A DNA stretch of 64,000 nucleotides from Leptospira sp. GTDB lineage: Bacteria; Spirochaetota; Leptospiria; Leptospirales; Leptospiraceae. Location: contig JAWXAQ010000033.1 in the NCBI GenBank assembly GCA_034439575.1, positions 160,001 to 224,000 on the forward strand, read 5' to 3'. Both the position numbers and the translations under genes were made by a program. The notes under the pieces were generated by a model. It saw nothing but the letters and a program-made list of their open reading frames with translations, was not told where the DNA came from and made no database searches. Below, piece after piece: positions 19,498-30,071 of this stretch (positions are counted from its first letter, which is position 1; every line of letters begins with the position of its first letter).

Positions 19498-21957
19498 TTA
19501 GAGATTGATTGTGACACCAAAATTGACCTGGCGAAAGAGCCCTGGTTGAATTCCTTCTGGTAACCGAGTAGAGATATATTTTTGATCCAAAAGATTTTTA
19601 CCTGTTAGAAAAACAGACCATTTCTCTCTTTTATATCCTATACTTGCATGGACTAATTCATAGGCAGGGATCACACCATTTGTTCCATCAGCATCTGATC
19701 GAATCGAGTTATAATCAAGTAATGATTTAATATTGCTATCTGATGAAGCAGTGTCATACCAATAAACTCCGCGCGTATTCTGAAGGTCATGGTATTGTTT
19801 TGAGAAGTGTTGCCATTCGGCACGGACATAAAATCCTGTTTTCATAATTGCACCTAACGCAATCGTCATCACATCTTTCGATACATATGGTAACCAATTT
19901 CCATTTGTATCGATATGAACAAGTGGATTACTATTTCCTTTCGCCCATTCACTTAAATTATAAGTGTATTGATTAGATTTTGCTTCGTTACGCGAATAAA
20001 TTAAATCCAATGGAACATTGAAATTCCAATTGAAAAAATTACCAAAATCAAATGTAAGATTTGTTTCCACTCCCTTATGTTGTGACCTACCTGCATTGAC
20101 AGGTCTTGCACCCAAGTTCCCACCAGCCGCAGAACTATTGATAATTTGATCTTGAAAATCTAACAGATATCCTACGATCTGCATATTTAAATATTTTGTT
20201 AAATCTCCCCTAATACCTGTTTCATAGTTCCAAGATTTTTCTGCTTTCAGTGAAAGATCTTGTGCAGATGGAGATATGGCAGATTCATAACGAGGTGGGG
20301 AAAATCCTCTATGAACTCCAGAAAACCAAGTGAAATGATCTAAGATATCATAAGTGATTCCAAAACCGGGCAAGACGATTTGTTGTGTGGTTTTTCCTTC
20401 CCGGTCCATTTGGACTGTTGGATTTGTACCACTGGCATAATTAAAACTAACTTCATCAAAATTTTGTCGCCCTCGCATCATTAGACGGCTTTGTGAAAAA
20501 GATTCGTAACGAACACCAGGTATAATTGCAAACTTATCTGTTAGGCGGATTCTGTCTTGGATATATACAGAAATTGCTTTTGCATTTCTTTGTTCGTCAT
20601 CTCTAAGATCACCAGATTTTGAAAGGCTTGTGCGAGATTCGATTGGAACTATTGGGGTCGTGCCTGGTCCATTCGGAAATAAAACAGCGTCATATGTTCT
20701 AGGTCCTGTCAATAATTGGGCACGAGCGGAATCAAAATGATATCGAATTCCTGTATCTATCTCATGTTTGATGGATGCAGTATCAAATTCAAATTGTAGT
20801 TTTGTTTCAATTCCATAAAACTTATATGTTCTGTCTCTATGTGCATTTGTTCCACGCATCCAAACAGTATCGCCTAATCGACTTGTATATGGTTCACCAT
20901 CAAAAGTATTTAGTGTATCAGTGGGTCTTGCTGTTGTACGAGAAGAATTTCGCGTATATTCTTGACGTGCCCAATTTCTTTGTGTATAAGCTGAATACAC
21001 TCGTGTTATTAGGCGAGCATGATCAGAGAGTGTCCACTCATGACCGAGAGAAAATGAATACCTTTCAATAGTTCTCTTATCATTTTCTGCGGGATTGTCT
21101 TTGGGGTTATGTTGGTACATACCATTCGTCAAACCAATGTATGTAGCTTGAGATTCTTGTTGGTGAAATCCTACTTTTGTTGTAATGGAATGTTTATCCG
21201 TTAGTTGGTGGGTGGTTTTGAGATTTGCTTCATTGACCCAAAATCCTTGGTGATTTCTGAATCCATCTCCTTGTTTGCGGAGGACATTGATATCAAAGCC
21301 AGTATTTCCAAATGTGCCACCGTAATTTACCATGTTTGATACATACCCGTTTTCACCACCTATTGCTTGCAAGGAGAGTGTTGGGTCCTTAGGTGGTTTT
21401 CGCGTGATAAAATTTACAACGCCTCCAATGGTTGATGGTCCAAATAAAATAGATCCTGATCCTTTTACAATTTCGACTCTCTCCATTCTTTCTATGGATG
21501 GCGCATAATACATTTCAGGTTCGCCATAAGGATTGAGAGAGGTAAATAGCCCATCTTCCAAAACTAAAATTTTTCTAGAGACTTCGTTGCTGATTCCGCG
21601 AAAGCCTAAGTTCATAGTTAAACCAGCCGCGTCTTGATAACGGACGTTAGCTCCAGGGACTCTTCGCAGAACTTCCATTCCATCTGTGGGACGAGTTTCT
21701 TCTAAAAATTTTTTGCCAATAATAGTCGCTGAACCTGGGATTCGTTTTAGATCCTTTTTTTCACCTATGACAGTAATTTCGGCTTTTTTCCAACGTGGGT
21801 CATCAACATTGATGATTTCTTCCTCTTTGGCCGGATCCTTAATTTCAGGCTCAGTTTTATCCGCCGGTTTTTCTGGATTTGTCGTCGTCGGTTGTGCGAT
21901 TAATGTTTGGCAAAGAAAGAATGTAGTCAGTAGCAAAGAAATTCGCTTTAAAACCAT
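19498..21957 (-). CDS. TonB-dependent receptor, FecA-like (probable iron uptake)
   Basis: EITVIG TonB box, LRRVPG, ERVEIVKGSGSILFGPSTIGGVVNFIT, KNLLDQKY; Fur-like boxes upstream. Confidence 0.9.
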   Translation of the reverse strand: MVLKRISLLLTTFFLCQTLIAQPTTTNPEKPADKTEPEIKDPAKEEEIINVDDPRWKKAEITVIGEKKDLKRIPGSATIIGKKFLEETRPTDGMEVLRRVPGANVRYQDAAGLTMNLGFRGISNEVSRKILVLEDGLFTSLNPYGEPEMYYAPSIERMERVEIVKGSGSILFGPSTIGGVVNFITRKPPKDPTLSLQAIGGENGYVSNMVNYGGTFGNTGFDINVLRKQGDGFRNHQGFWVNEANLKTTHQLTDKHSITTKVGFHQQESQATYIGLTNGMYQHNPKDNPAENDKRTIERYSFSLGHEWTLSDHARLITRVYSAYTQRNWARQEYTRNSSRTTARPTDTLNTFDGEPYTSRLGDTVWMRGTNAHRDRTYKFYGIETKLQFEFDTASIKHEIDTGIRYHFDSARAQLLTGPRTYDAVLFPNGPGTTPIVPIESRTSLSKSGDLRDDEQRNAKAISVYIQDRIRLTDKFAIIPGVRYESFSQSRLMMRGRQNFDEVSFNYASGTNPTVQMDREGKTTQQIVLPGFGITYDILDHFTWFSGVHRGFSPPRYESAISPSAQDLSLKAEKSWNYETGIRGDLTKYLNMQIVGYLLDFQDQIINSSAAGGNLGARPVNAGRSQHKGVETNLTFDFGNFFNWNFNVPLDLIYSRNEAKSNQYTYNLSEWAKGNSNPLVHIDTNGNWLPYVSKDVMTIALGAIMKTGFYVRAEWQHFSKQYHDLQNTRGVYWYDTASSDSNIKSLLDYNSIRSDADGTNGVIPAYELVHASIGYKREKWSVFLTGKNLLDQKYISTRLPEGIQPGLFRQVNFGVTINL

Positions 21958-21986
21958 AAATGGTAGTCCGCCTTGAAATTGGTGAG

Positions 21987-22005
21987 TTTGAGACTAGGTT
22001 TCAAA
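21987..22005. promoter_or_regulatory. Degenerate Fur-like box near TBDR start
   Basis: TTTGAGACTAGGTTTCAAA, imperfect 7-1-7 dyad about 30 nt upstream of the ATG. Confidence 0.4.
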
Positions 22006-22080
22006 ATCAGGCGAAATTCACAACAACTTTTGATTAGGAAGACGCATATGTTGTAAGCCATTTGGTAAAAAGGTGAACTA

Positions 22081-22099
22081 AATGAGAATAATTCTAAAT
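22081..22099. promoter_or_regulatory. Fur/PerR-like box upstream of FecA-like receptor
   Basis: TGAGAAT-A-ATTCTAA versus consensus TGATAAT-N-ATTATCA. Confidence 0.6.
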
Positions 22100-22109
22100 T
22101 GATTTTGAC

Positions 22110-22215
22110 TGGAATGGGGGCGTATGATAGGGGTTAGGGGAGGCGTTTCCCACAATCCACTCCTCCCCACCCAGTTTATGTCGGGCGGGGGCGCCCGAAA
22201 CCCACCAAATTCCCG
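22110..22215. repeat. GC-rich palindromic (REP-like/terminator-like) element downstream of glyA
   Basis: Inverted repeats GGGGAGG/CCTCCCC, CCCCACCC/GGGCGGGG, TCGGGC/GCCCGA in an AT-rich background. Confidence 0.55.
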
Positions 22216-23460
22216 TTACAATCTGAAATTGTCCATGGGGAAACTTTTTGTAATTTCTGCAACTCCTGCTTTCACTTTTTCAGTCCAAGCCTTATCACCA
22301 AAATTGTCTAAAAAATCGCAAATCAAATTCCCAACTCTTTCGATCTCGGCATCTTTCAATCCGCGGGTAGTAAGAGCAGGCGTTCCAAGTCTAATACCCG
22401 ATGCCACTGCTGGAGGATTTTTATCAAATGGGATGGCATTTTTATTTACTGTTATTCCCACAGCATCCAAACCATCGGCGGCATCACGGCCAGTTAAACC
22501 TTTAACAGAAACATCAAGTAGCACCAAATGATTGTCAGTTCCTCCTGAAATCACGCGATATCCTCTTTTTTGGAATACTTGAGCCAGAATTTTAGCGTTC
22601 TTTAGCACTTGTTTGATGTAAGTTTTGAATTCTGGTTTGAGTGCTTCCCCGAAAGCGACAGCCTTGGCCGCAATCACGTGCATCAAAGGACCACCTTGAA
22701 TCCCTGGGAAAACTCGTGAATTTAATATTTTTTCATTTTCTGTTTGAGAGAGTATCAATCCACCACGAGGTCCACGTAATGTTTTATGAGTAGTCGTCGT
22801 TACATAATCACAAATTCCAATTGGGGAAGGATGTTCGCCTGCAACCACCAAACCAGAAATATGTGCAATATCCGCCATGATTTTCGCCCCAATGGAATCT
22901 GCAATTTCTTTGAATTTTGCAAAATCAATAATTCGTGGGTAGGCAGAAGCACCTACAACGATAAGTTTTGGTTTATGTTCTTTAGCAAGTTTTGCGACTT
23001 CAGAATAATCGATGGTCTCATCTTTTTCAGTCACACCGTATGGAATTGGTCGATAGTATTTTCCGCTAATATTTACAGACGAACCATGGGTTAGGTGACC
23101 ACCGTGAGCTAAATTCATTCCCAAAAATGCATCTCCGGGTTCAAGTGCCGCTAAAAAGACCGCCATATTCGCCTGTGCACCGCTATGTGGCTGGACATTG
23201 GCATATTCAGCACCAAACATTTTTTTTGCTCGTTCAATGGCCAATTCTTCAACTTTGTCGGCATTCTCACAACCGTTATAGTAACGTTTTCCCGGATAAC
23301 CTTCAGCATACTTATTTGTTAAAGTGGAATGGTATGCTTCGAGAACAGCTCTGGAAACAAAGTTTTCACTTGCTATCATTTCAAGAGAATTTTCTTGTCT
23401 TTGGTCTTCGTGTTTTAATGCCGTATAAATTTCTGGGTCTTGGTTTTGTAAAAAGCTCAT
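22216..23460 (-). CDS. glyA: Serine hydroxymethyltransferase
   Basis: [39 protein letters not shown]. Confidence 0.98.
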   Translation of the reverse strand: MSFLQNQDPEIYTALKHEDQRQENSLEMIASENFVSRAVLEAYHSTLTNKYAEGYPGKRYYNGCENADKVEELAIERAKKMFGAEYANVQPHSGAQANMAVFLAALEPGDAFLGMNLAHGGHLTHGSSVNISGKYYRPIPYGVTEKDETIDYSEVAKLAKEHKPKLIVVGASAYPRIIDFAKFKEIADSIGAKIMADIAHISGLVVAGEHPSPIGICDYVTTTTHKTLRGPRGGLILSQTENEKILNSRVFPGIQGGPLMHVIAAKAVAFGEALKPEFKTYIKQVLKNAKILAQVFQKRGYRVISGGTDNHLVLLDVSVKGLTGRDAADGLDAVGITVNKNAIPFDKNPPAVASGIRLGTPALTTRGLKDAEIERVGNLICDFLDNFGDKAWTEKVKAGVAEITKSFPMDNFRL

Positions 23461-24326
23461 GTAGGAATTTCTCTGTTTAGGATATAGGATAAACTTTCGT
23501 ATTTTCTCTTACGAATTATTTCAGATTCTTTTAATACCGATCTACGAAAAGAAGAAAACCCTCGCCCAAAGAAGGAAAATTCCTCTTTGTTTGCTGGATT
23601 TTCAAGACCTAAATAACTCAATAATGTGTCAAAAAAATCCGTTTCGAATTGGTCTAAGGCAAAGTCATTTGGAAGGGAAGTTAAAAAATCATTATGACTT
23701 CGTTCTTTTCTATACTCAGGTTCTTCTGGTGGATGAAGAAGGATCCCAGTTACTTTTTTAATGAGGGCAGGATCTAAAATCAATGTTCCATGTTGGACAA
23801 TACAATTTTTTTTTCGAAATTGGGCATTACCAGAAATCTTTTTAATCATTCCATTTTCCAAAACTGCGATATCAGATTTGCCTTTCGAACTCACACTTAT
23901 ACTTTGTTTCTTTAAGGCTTTCATTACAAGACCTAACAAGGCTTCATAAGAATCTTTAACTGAAAACAATTCAGGTCGTTTCTCTAAACTTATATAAATA
24001 GAATAATTTACATTATCAGTGGAATTTTGGTAAACAGTCCCACCGCCTGAAGCCCTTCGGGTTATATAGGTAAAATCATCTATTTTATGTTTGGTGAGGG
24101 TTTTGTTGGTAATATTGTTTTTGAAATTTGTGATTACACTTTCCTCTATTGTCAAATTTGGATTTTCAGATAATCCAAGGACAATACATTCGGGATTTTT
24201 CCAAAGACGTATCCCGCCAATAAGTCCAAATTTTACAAGGTTGAGTGCAATCCCTTCTTCGATCGCTAAATTAGAGTAAGGTGAACGAATCTTTGTGATC
24301 GGAAAGTAAAAAACTTTATCTTTCAC
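23457..24326 (-). CDS. Lipoate-protein ligase A family
   Basis: [22 protein letters not shown]. Confidence 0.85.
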   Translation of the reverse strand: MKDKVFYFPITKIRSPYSNLAIEEGIALNLVKFGLIGGIRLWKNPECIVLGLSENPNLTIEESVITNFKNNITNKTLTKHKIDDFTYITRRASGGGTVYQNSTDNVNYSIYISLEKRPELFSVKDSYEALLGLVMKALKKQSISVSSKGKSDIAVLENGMIKKISGNAQFRKKNCIVQHGTLILDPALIKKVTGILLHPPEEPEYRKERSHNDFLTSLPNDFALDQFETDFFDTLLSYLGLENPANKEEFSFFGRGFSSFRRSVLKESEIIRKRKYESLSYILNREIPT

Positions 24327-25144
24327 TCGTTAAAATACTTTTGCGATGCTTCATTCAAAAACTTTTTCTCACTTCTCGATAAACTATTCATACCATCTTT
24401 GGAAATTTTTTCCAAAAGTTCATCTACTCTTTTTTTAGCATTCTCTCTGCTATTCATTTCAACTTGGTATCTTTGAAATCTGCGTTTTTGTAAATACCGT
24501 GATAAAGACCAACCAGTTGGCTTTGAACTCGACTGCCAATTGTGATATAGTTTGATCAAAATAAAAGCGCCAATGATACCCCCAAGATGAGCCATATGTG
24601 CAATGTGACCACCTTGCGAAAAAACAATCATTAACATGAGTATCATCACAAAAAATTTCGCCTTTAAAGGAAAAATCAGCATAAAGATAATTTCTCGATT
24701 GGGCCAGAGAAAAGCGTATGCGGCGAGAAGTCCAAACGTGGCACCACTTGCACCGAGTACGATACCTTGGGGAAAACCAAGTAGGGAAGCAAGGAGAGTG
24801 ACCGCCCCACCCATAAAGGCACAGAAAAAATAAAATTTCAAAAAAGGTCGATTTCCATAATGGGCTTCGACTTCAGAACCAAACATCCATAAGGTTAACA
24901 TATTCATAAGTAGGTGCATGAAATCACCATGAAGAAACGAATAGGTCACCAATTGCCAAACAAAACCTTGCATCACCGCGCTTGGGTTCAGCGCAAAGAA
25001 GGCCTCGATGGCATTTGTCTTTAAAATCAAATGGCTTACGTATTGGATTAGAAAGATAATGCCGTTTGTGAAGAGTAAAATCCGCACGGTAGGGGTGAGT
25101 TCCGGTCCGAACCTAAGTTGATATCCTGGATTACGAGGGGGCAT
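24323..25144 (-). CDS. Rhomboid intramembrane serine protease with C-terminal DUF6576-like tail
   Basis: WQLVTYSFLH, HLLMNM, GASG, AHLGG; start set at ATG 25144 to avoid overlap with the divergent gene. Confidence 0.9.
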   Translation of the reverse strand: MPPRNPGYQLRFGPELTPTVRILLFTNGIIFLIQYVSHLILKTNAIEAFFALNPSAVMQGFVWQLVTYSFLHGDFMHLLMNMLTLWMFGSEVEAHYGNRPFLKFYFFCAFMGGAVTLLASLLGFPQGIVLGASGATFGLLAAYAFLWPNREIIFMLIFPLKAKFFVMILMLMIVFSQGGHIAHMAHLGGIIGAFILIKLYHNWQSSSKPTGWSLSRYLQKRRFQRYQVEMNSRENAKKRVDELLEKISKDGMNSLSRSEKKFLNEASQKYFNE

Positions 25145-25202
25145 AATTTCAAGGTCGTAAATCTTGAGTGACAAGGAAAGTTCATTTCTGACAATCGAGG
25201 AA

Positions 25203-26156
25203 GTGATCGTACAACTATTTGGGGTTCGTGGGTCGATCGCCGCCCCTCTACGCAATCAAGATTATCGGAAAAAGATTCTAGATATCATTTCTCTGTATGA
25301 AAAGGCACCCCAAGGTCTTTCGCCTGAGAAATTCTGGAAATCTTTGCCATACCATTTGAAATTTGTGACAGGAAGTGATACAACTTGTGTCAAAGTCACA
25401 GATTCTCAAGGCGAAGTGTATGTTTTGGATATGGGCACAGGGATTAGAAATGTGGGCGACGAATTGGTCCAGTCCTATCTTAAAAATCCCCATCCAAGAA
25501 ATGTAAATATATTTGTCACCCATACCCATTGGGATCACATCCAAGGCCTTCCATTTTTTAAACCTATATACTTTCCTGATTTTTCTTTAAAATTTCATTC
25601 TCCTTATTCTGACCTCGCGAATCGATTAGAACGCCAACAAAGTCCAGAGTTTTTTCCGGTCAGTTTCGCCGCTGTGGGATGTAAGAAAGAGTTTAAGTTT
25701 TTTTCACCTGGTGAAGTGCTTATGTTTGATGGTGGACTCAAAGTCGAATGTTATCCACTCCGCCATCCGGGAGGATCTTATGCTTATAAATTTACCACAA
25801 AAGAAGGTAAAACTTTTATATTTGCGACTGATGCAGAGTTTACAGGCCAAGATATGGAACTCATTCATGAATCAGCACCTTTTTTTAAAGATGCTGATCT
25901 TCTCATTTTAGATGCGCAATATACATTAGATGAATCCTTCTCAAAATTTGATTGGGGTCATACATCCTATACGATGGCAGTCAATTGTGCTACCTCTTGG
26001 AATATCAAAAATTTAGTTTTAACACACCATGAACCAAGTTATTCAGATCAGAAAATTTATGAAATATTCGAATCAGCGATCGACCATAAAAGATTGTTAG
26101 GTGAAAAGAAACTCAAGATTCATTTGGCCAGAGAAGGCTTACGTTTTCATTTATAA
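25203..26156 (+). CDS. MBL-fold metallohydrolase (phosphodiesterase-like)
   Basis: GVRGS, DMGTG, THTHWDH, HPGG, TDAE, WGHT, THHEP; GTG 25203 after GAGG. Confidence 0.88.
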   Translation: MIVQLFGVRGSIAAPLRNQDYRKKILDIISLYEKAPQGLSPEKFWKSLPYHLKFVTGSDTTCVKVTDSQGEVYVLDMGTGIRNVGDELVQSYLKNPHPRNVNIFVTHTHWDHIQGLPFFKPIYFPDFSLKFHSPYSDLANRLERQQSPEFFPVSFAAVGCKKEFKFFSPGEVLMFDGGLKVECYPLRHPGGSYAYKFTTKEGKTFIFATDAEFTGQDMELIHESAPFFKDADLLILDAQYTLDESFSKFDWGHTSYTMAVNCATSWNIKNLVLTHHEPSYSDQKIYEIFESAIDHKRLLGEKKLKIHLAREGLRFHL

Positions 26157-26174
26157 ATTATATATATAGATCAT

Positions 26175-28595
26175 ATGGACAAAGAAAAAACTTTAAGATA
26201 TACTCTCTCTTCCTTCTTCTTTATCGCTCTTTTTGGTGGATTGTTTTTTGGTTACATCCTTTCAGAAGTAAACCAGGGTAAGGAATTACAAAAACTTGCA
26301 TCCTACCAACCAACGACACCTACGAAGTTATATGATTCCAATGGTGTTTTGTTTGCTGAGCTATATCGCCACAAACAAGAACTTTTAAAATACCAAGACA
26401 TTCCTCCGCATGTGATTCAAGCTTTCCTAAGTGTGGAAGATGATAATTTTTTCAATCACTTCGGTATTGATTTTATGGCCATCGCGAGAGCCGCCATAAA
26501 AAACGTGTTAGCTGGTAGAATCGTGCAAGGTGGATCCACATTAACGCAACAATTAGCAAAAACGATATTGCAAGAACGTAAAAAAACATTTGCACGTAAA
26601 TTTTTAGAAGCCTTACTCACTTTACAAATTGAGCAAGAATACACCAAAGAAGAAATATTAGAAATTTATTTCAATTTAATCTATTTGGGTCATGGAACGA
26701 CAGGCCTTTCCTCAGCGGCAAATGTATATTTCCAAAAAGATGTGAGAGATTTGGACATTGCAGAGGCGGCAGTACTAGCGAGGCTTCCGAAAGCACCTGT
26801 TACTTATTCTCCATTCAAAAATCCCATGGAAGCCAAAAATGCTCATTTGGTAGTATTGGGACTTATGGCAAAAAATGATTTCATACCAAAAGAAAATGTA
26901 AAACGTATCCATGAAGAATTTTGGGATAAATATTGGCCAATTGTCATCACGCAATCTCCCTCCCGTTCTACCTGGGGTGCGAAGCTAAACCGAGCACCGC
27001 ACTTTACGGAATATGTACGCCAAATTTTAGAAAAAGAAATTGGGGAAGAAGCGGTATATACTGGTGGTCTTCGCGTTTATACCACTTTGGATGTGCGAAA
27101 ACAAGAGATTGCCGAAGAAGAACTTAGAAAATCTTTAATTGAACAAGACCGCATTGCTTTTGGAGCAAACTTTCGTTATGCGGGAAGGGCTGATCGATCT
27201 CTTGTATCTTTGTATAATCTGCTCGGTTCTGTATTTCCTGTGGGAGTGCCCTTTATCACAAATTTGGATGATCGCCAATCTTTCCGATTACAATTAGAAA
27301 AAGATATGGCACCGGCTCTGGAATTGTTAACGGACTTTGTTCCTTCCGAAAATGAAAGTGCCGCAGTCAAAGAATTCCGCAGGTCATCGTTGGTTTTTTC
27401 TTCCAACTTACACGTTGAAGGTGCCATTATAACGATTGACCACCAAACGGGCTATATCCAAACCATGATTGGTGGATCCAGATTTACACCAAAAAATCAG
27501 TTCAACCGAGCCATGTCAGCAAGACGCCAAACTGGCTCCGCATTTAAACCCTTAGTTTATGGTGCAGCGATTCAAAATCGATCGGTTGGATCGGGGACTG
27601 GCATTATGGATGCTCCCCTAACAACTCTCACCGAAGAAGGCGAAGGTTATTCCCCTCAAGATATTTCTGGTGACTTTCGGGGGATGGTGCCTTTATCTAG
27701 AGCACTTTCTCTTTCATTAAATATCGTTTCTGTACAAGTATTAATGCGCACAGGAACCGATGCTGTAATCGATTTTTCTTCACGATTAACAAAAGCAAAT
27801 AAAGCAAGATTTCCAACTGGACCGGCACTCGCATTAGGAGTCGCAGAACTCACACCTTATGAAATGGCTGTGGCCTATTCTATTATGGCAAATAAGGGAA
27901 AAGATGTGGTTCCGTTTAGCGTTCGTTATGTTTTGAATCAAAGTGGATCAGTTATCTACAATCGTGAAAAACAAGTGCAAGAAGAACTTGCTGAAAAAGC
28001 AAAAAATGGAACGATTCAAATTATTCCTGAAGCGACTGCCTATATCATCAGACAAATGTTAATTGGTGTTGCAACTGGTGGTACTCCCACAGCAGCTTTA
28101 CGTGATGCTGATAAAGGAAATTACAAAGGTATTTCTGGTGGTAAAACAGGATCGACATCATCTTATACAAACGTCTGGTATTGCGGTTTTGATCCAAAAT
28201 TTACAACAGTAGTTTGGATGGGGTTTGATAAATCATCCCTTTCTCTCGGCCAAGGAACTACTGCCGCAGGGGTTGCAGCACCTATTTTTGGAAAACTTTA
28301 TTCTAGATGGTACAATGGAGGACCGTATCCTTCTTTTAACCCAGAAGGTAAGCCAGAGGAAATACCACAAGATGTGGTTAAGGGTGCGACTTGCTCATTT
28401 AATGGTCTAACCCCTGGACCCAATTGCCCGCTTGTGGGGAATCTATTTTTAAAACCAATTACAATTGCGGGGCGAACCCTTTCTGTACCAGGCTCGAGGC
28501 AATGTGATGGAGACAGAGACCATTTTCGTTCCCTTGATTTGAAAGACTTTCTGCAAAGAGAACTAGAAATCACGGATGATGAATTAAAACATTAG
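26175..28595 (+). CDS. Penicillin-binding protein 1A (class A)
   Basis: [24 protein letters not shown] transglycosylase; SAFK, SLN, KTG transpeptidase. Confidence 0.93.
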   Translation: MDKEKTLRYTLSSFFFIALFGGLFFGYILSEVNQGKELQKLASYQPTTPTKLYDSNGVLFAELYRHKQELLKYQDIPPHVIQAFLSVEDDNFFNHFGIDFMAIARAAIKNVLAGRIVQGGSTLTQQLAKTILQERKKTFARKFLEALLTLQIEQEYTKEEILEIYFNLIYLGHGTTGLSSAANVYFQKDVRDLDIAEAAVLARLPKAPVTYSPFKNPMEAKNAHLVVLGLMAKNDFIPKENVKRIHEEFWDKYWPIVITQSPSRSTWGAKLNRAPHFTEYVRQILEKEIGEEAVYTGGLRVYTTLDVRKQEIAEEELRKSLIEQDRIAFGANFRYAGRADRSLVSLYNLLGSVFPVGVPFITNLDDRQSFRLQLEKDMAPALELLTDFVPSENESAAVKEFRRSSLVFSSNLHVEGAIITIDHQTGYIQTMIGGSRFTPKNQFNRAMSARRQTGSAFKPLVYGAAIQNRSVGSGTGIMDAPLTTLTEEGEGYSPQDISGDFRGMVPLSRALSLSLNIVSVQVLMRTGTDAVIDFSSRLTKANKARFPTGPALALGVAELTPYEMAVAYSIMANKGKDVVPFSVRYVLNQSGSVIYNREKQVQEELAEKAKNGTIQIIPEATAYIIRQMLIGVATGGTPTAALRDADKGNYKGISGGKTGSTSSYTNVWYCGFDPKFTTVVWMGFDKSSLSLGQGTTAAGVAAPIFGKLYSRWYNGGPYPSFNPEGKPEEIPQDVVKGATCSFNGLTPGPNCPLVGNLFLKPITIAGRTLSVPGSRQCDGDRDHFRSLDLKDFLQRELEITDDELKH

Positions 28596-28601
28596 ATTCT
28601 A

Positions 28602-28652
28602 TATACATTTTGTATAAATTATGTACAAATGTGTAAATTTTGTACATAATTT
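28602..28652. promoter_or_regulatory. Candidate enhancer (UAS): tandem TRTACA-N3-TGTAYA-like dyads / 14-bp inverted repeat
   Basis: TATACATTTTGTATA, TGTACAAATGTGTAA, TGTAAATTTTGTACA; arms AAATTATGTACAAA (28616-28629) and TTTGTACATAATTT (28639-28652). Confidence 0.5.
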
Positions 28653-28856
28653 TCATCTGTTTCCTATTATTTTTCTAACATAATCGCTATCAATTTTCCA
28701 AAGTTAATTTGACTTAGTAATTTTTTTTTACCATTCACTGCCGATTTTTTCATCGAATGAGCAATATAAGTTGGTATAACTAAGCCAATGGGTCTTAAAT
28801 AGAACTAATTCTTAATTTCCGCATTACCTAAAATGTTTTTAGTAAAAAATCATTAT

Positions 28857-28873
28857 TTGGTACACTTATTGCA
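28857..28873 (+). promoter_or_regulatory. Sigma54 (RpoN) -24/-12 promoter
   Basis: TTGGTACACTTATTGCA: GG at 28859-60, N10, GC at 28871-72. Confidence 0.75.
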
Positions 28874-28927
28874 AATATTCTCTTAAGTGATCAGTTCCCA
28901 TTCAGGGAGTGATTCTTGGGGGAAAAA

Positions 28928-29365
28928 ATGAAACTCAAACTAAGCTTAACACTTTTAACATTTTCTTTTTCTTTGTCTGCATACGATCTTAAAGAAACTG
29001 GTGAAGACATTTCTTCTCTCCTTGAATCTTACGATAAATCTACTTTAACAGAAATTTCCAATGAATTGATCAAAATGGCTTCGAAAGAAGAAAACATTGG
29101 AGAGTTTGATTTAGCAAGCGTTCACTATAAACGCGCGTTGAAGATTCGTGAGTCTATCGGATTACGTTCCCACAAAAGTTATGCGTCCATTTTATACCTT
29201 TCGTCTGGAGCACAGTTCCAGGCAGGCCAAAGTTGTGAAGCTTCAATTTCAGCAAGAGAAGCGAGTATCGAATTTGCAAAACATGGTTTAGTAAAATACC
29301 AAGAAAAAGCTCTTATCGATCACGAAGCTTATGGCAAAGTTTGTTCCCTAGTTGCTCTAAATTGA
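28928..29365 (+). CDS. Small exported TPR-like helical protein
   Basis: Signal peptide (..SLSA), GEFDLASVHYKRALKIRE TPR-like repeat; ATG 28928 after GGGGGA. Confidence 0.8.
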   Translation: MKLKLSLTLLTFSFSLSAYDLKETGEDISSLLESYDKSTLTEISNELIKMASKEENIGEFDLASVHYKRALKIRESIGLRSHKSYASILYLSSGAQFQAGQSCEASISAREASIEFAKHGLVKYQEKALIDHEAYGKVCSLVALN

Positions 29366-29416
29366 GTTTTGATTCTTTTCTAGAGATGGTTACCCTCTTT
29401 TGATTCTGCCTTTGAG

Positions 29417-30064
29417 TCAATCCAATCTCCCGTAATTGTATACGTGAGGTTGGAATTCTTTTTTTGTATACTTCGCTTTAATTAATTTAAATCTTTCATC
29501 TTCTAAATAAGGTTCTATCAATTCCCAAGCGATTCCAAAATTTGCTTCTTTATATCCTGATTCATATAACATATGTGCTATTGATTTTTGTTTGGGATCA
29601 AAGTAGTATAAAAGTGCGTGAGAAAATTCTTTGAAATTATCTTCAACCATCGAACATGGATTTATTATATCAAATTTAATTTCTGAAAGATTTGCAATCG
29701 GCATAGAACATTCTTTTTCACTTAATTTCAATGTTTCGAGTAATACCCAAGGTCCTTCTTGGCTATAAACACCGATTCCTTTTAGCACCTTAATTTTTTT
29801 AACAAGTGTTAAAGTTTCAATGATAACCAAGTTTTTTGCAAAGGTCTTATCTTTTTTGAACTCTATCCATTCTTTATAAGAATAATGATAATCTTTTGAT
29901 CCCATTGGTGACTTATCTTTGGAAGGACGAATATAAATTCCTTCCAAGAGGGTATCCGAATTTTTTATAGTATCAATTGGTTTAACTGGAAGCGAACGAA
30001 TCCATTTTGGTTCTGGATTGCATTTTAAAGATAAGCCACCAATCAAAAGAAAGGTGGCAATCAT
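29417..30064 (-). CDS. Hypothetical lipoprotein
   Basis: Hydrophobic N-terminus ending in LSLKC; start uncertain (30064 vs 30112). Confidence 0.6.
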   Translation of the reverse strand: MIATFLLIGGLSLKCNPEPKWIRSLPVKPIDTIKNSDTLLEGIYIRPSKDKSPMGSKDYHYSYKEWIEFKKDKTFAKNLVIIETLTLVKKIKVLKGIGVYSQEGPWVLLETLKLSEKECSMPIANLSEIKFDIINPCSMVEDNFKEFSHALLYYFDPKQKSIAHMLYESGYKEANFGIAWELIEPYLEDERFKLIKAKYTKKEFQPHVYNYGRLD

Positions 30065-30071
30065 TCGAAAA

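Noticed and set aside
22124-22531. 135-aa plus-strand ORF
   Set aside because: Antisense shadow of glyA extended by the GC-rich repeat
25145-25255. Head-to-head overlap of rhomboid and MBL hydrolase
   Set aside because: Disappears with starts at 25144 and 25203
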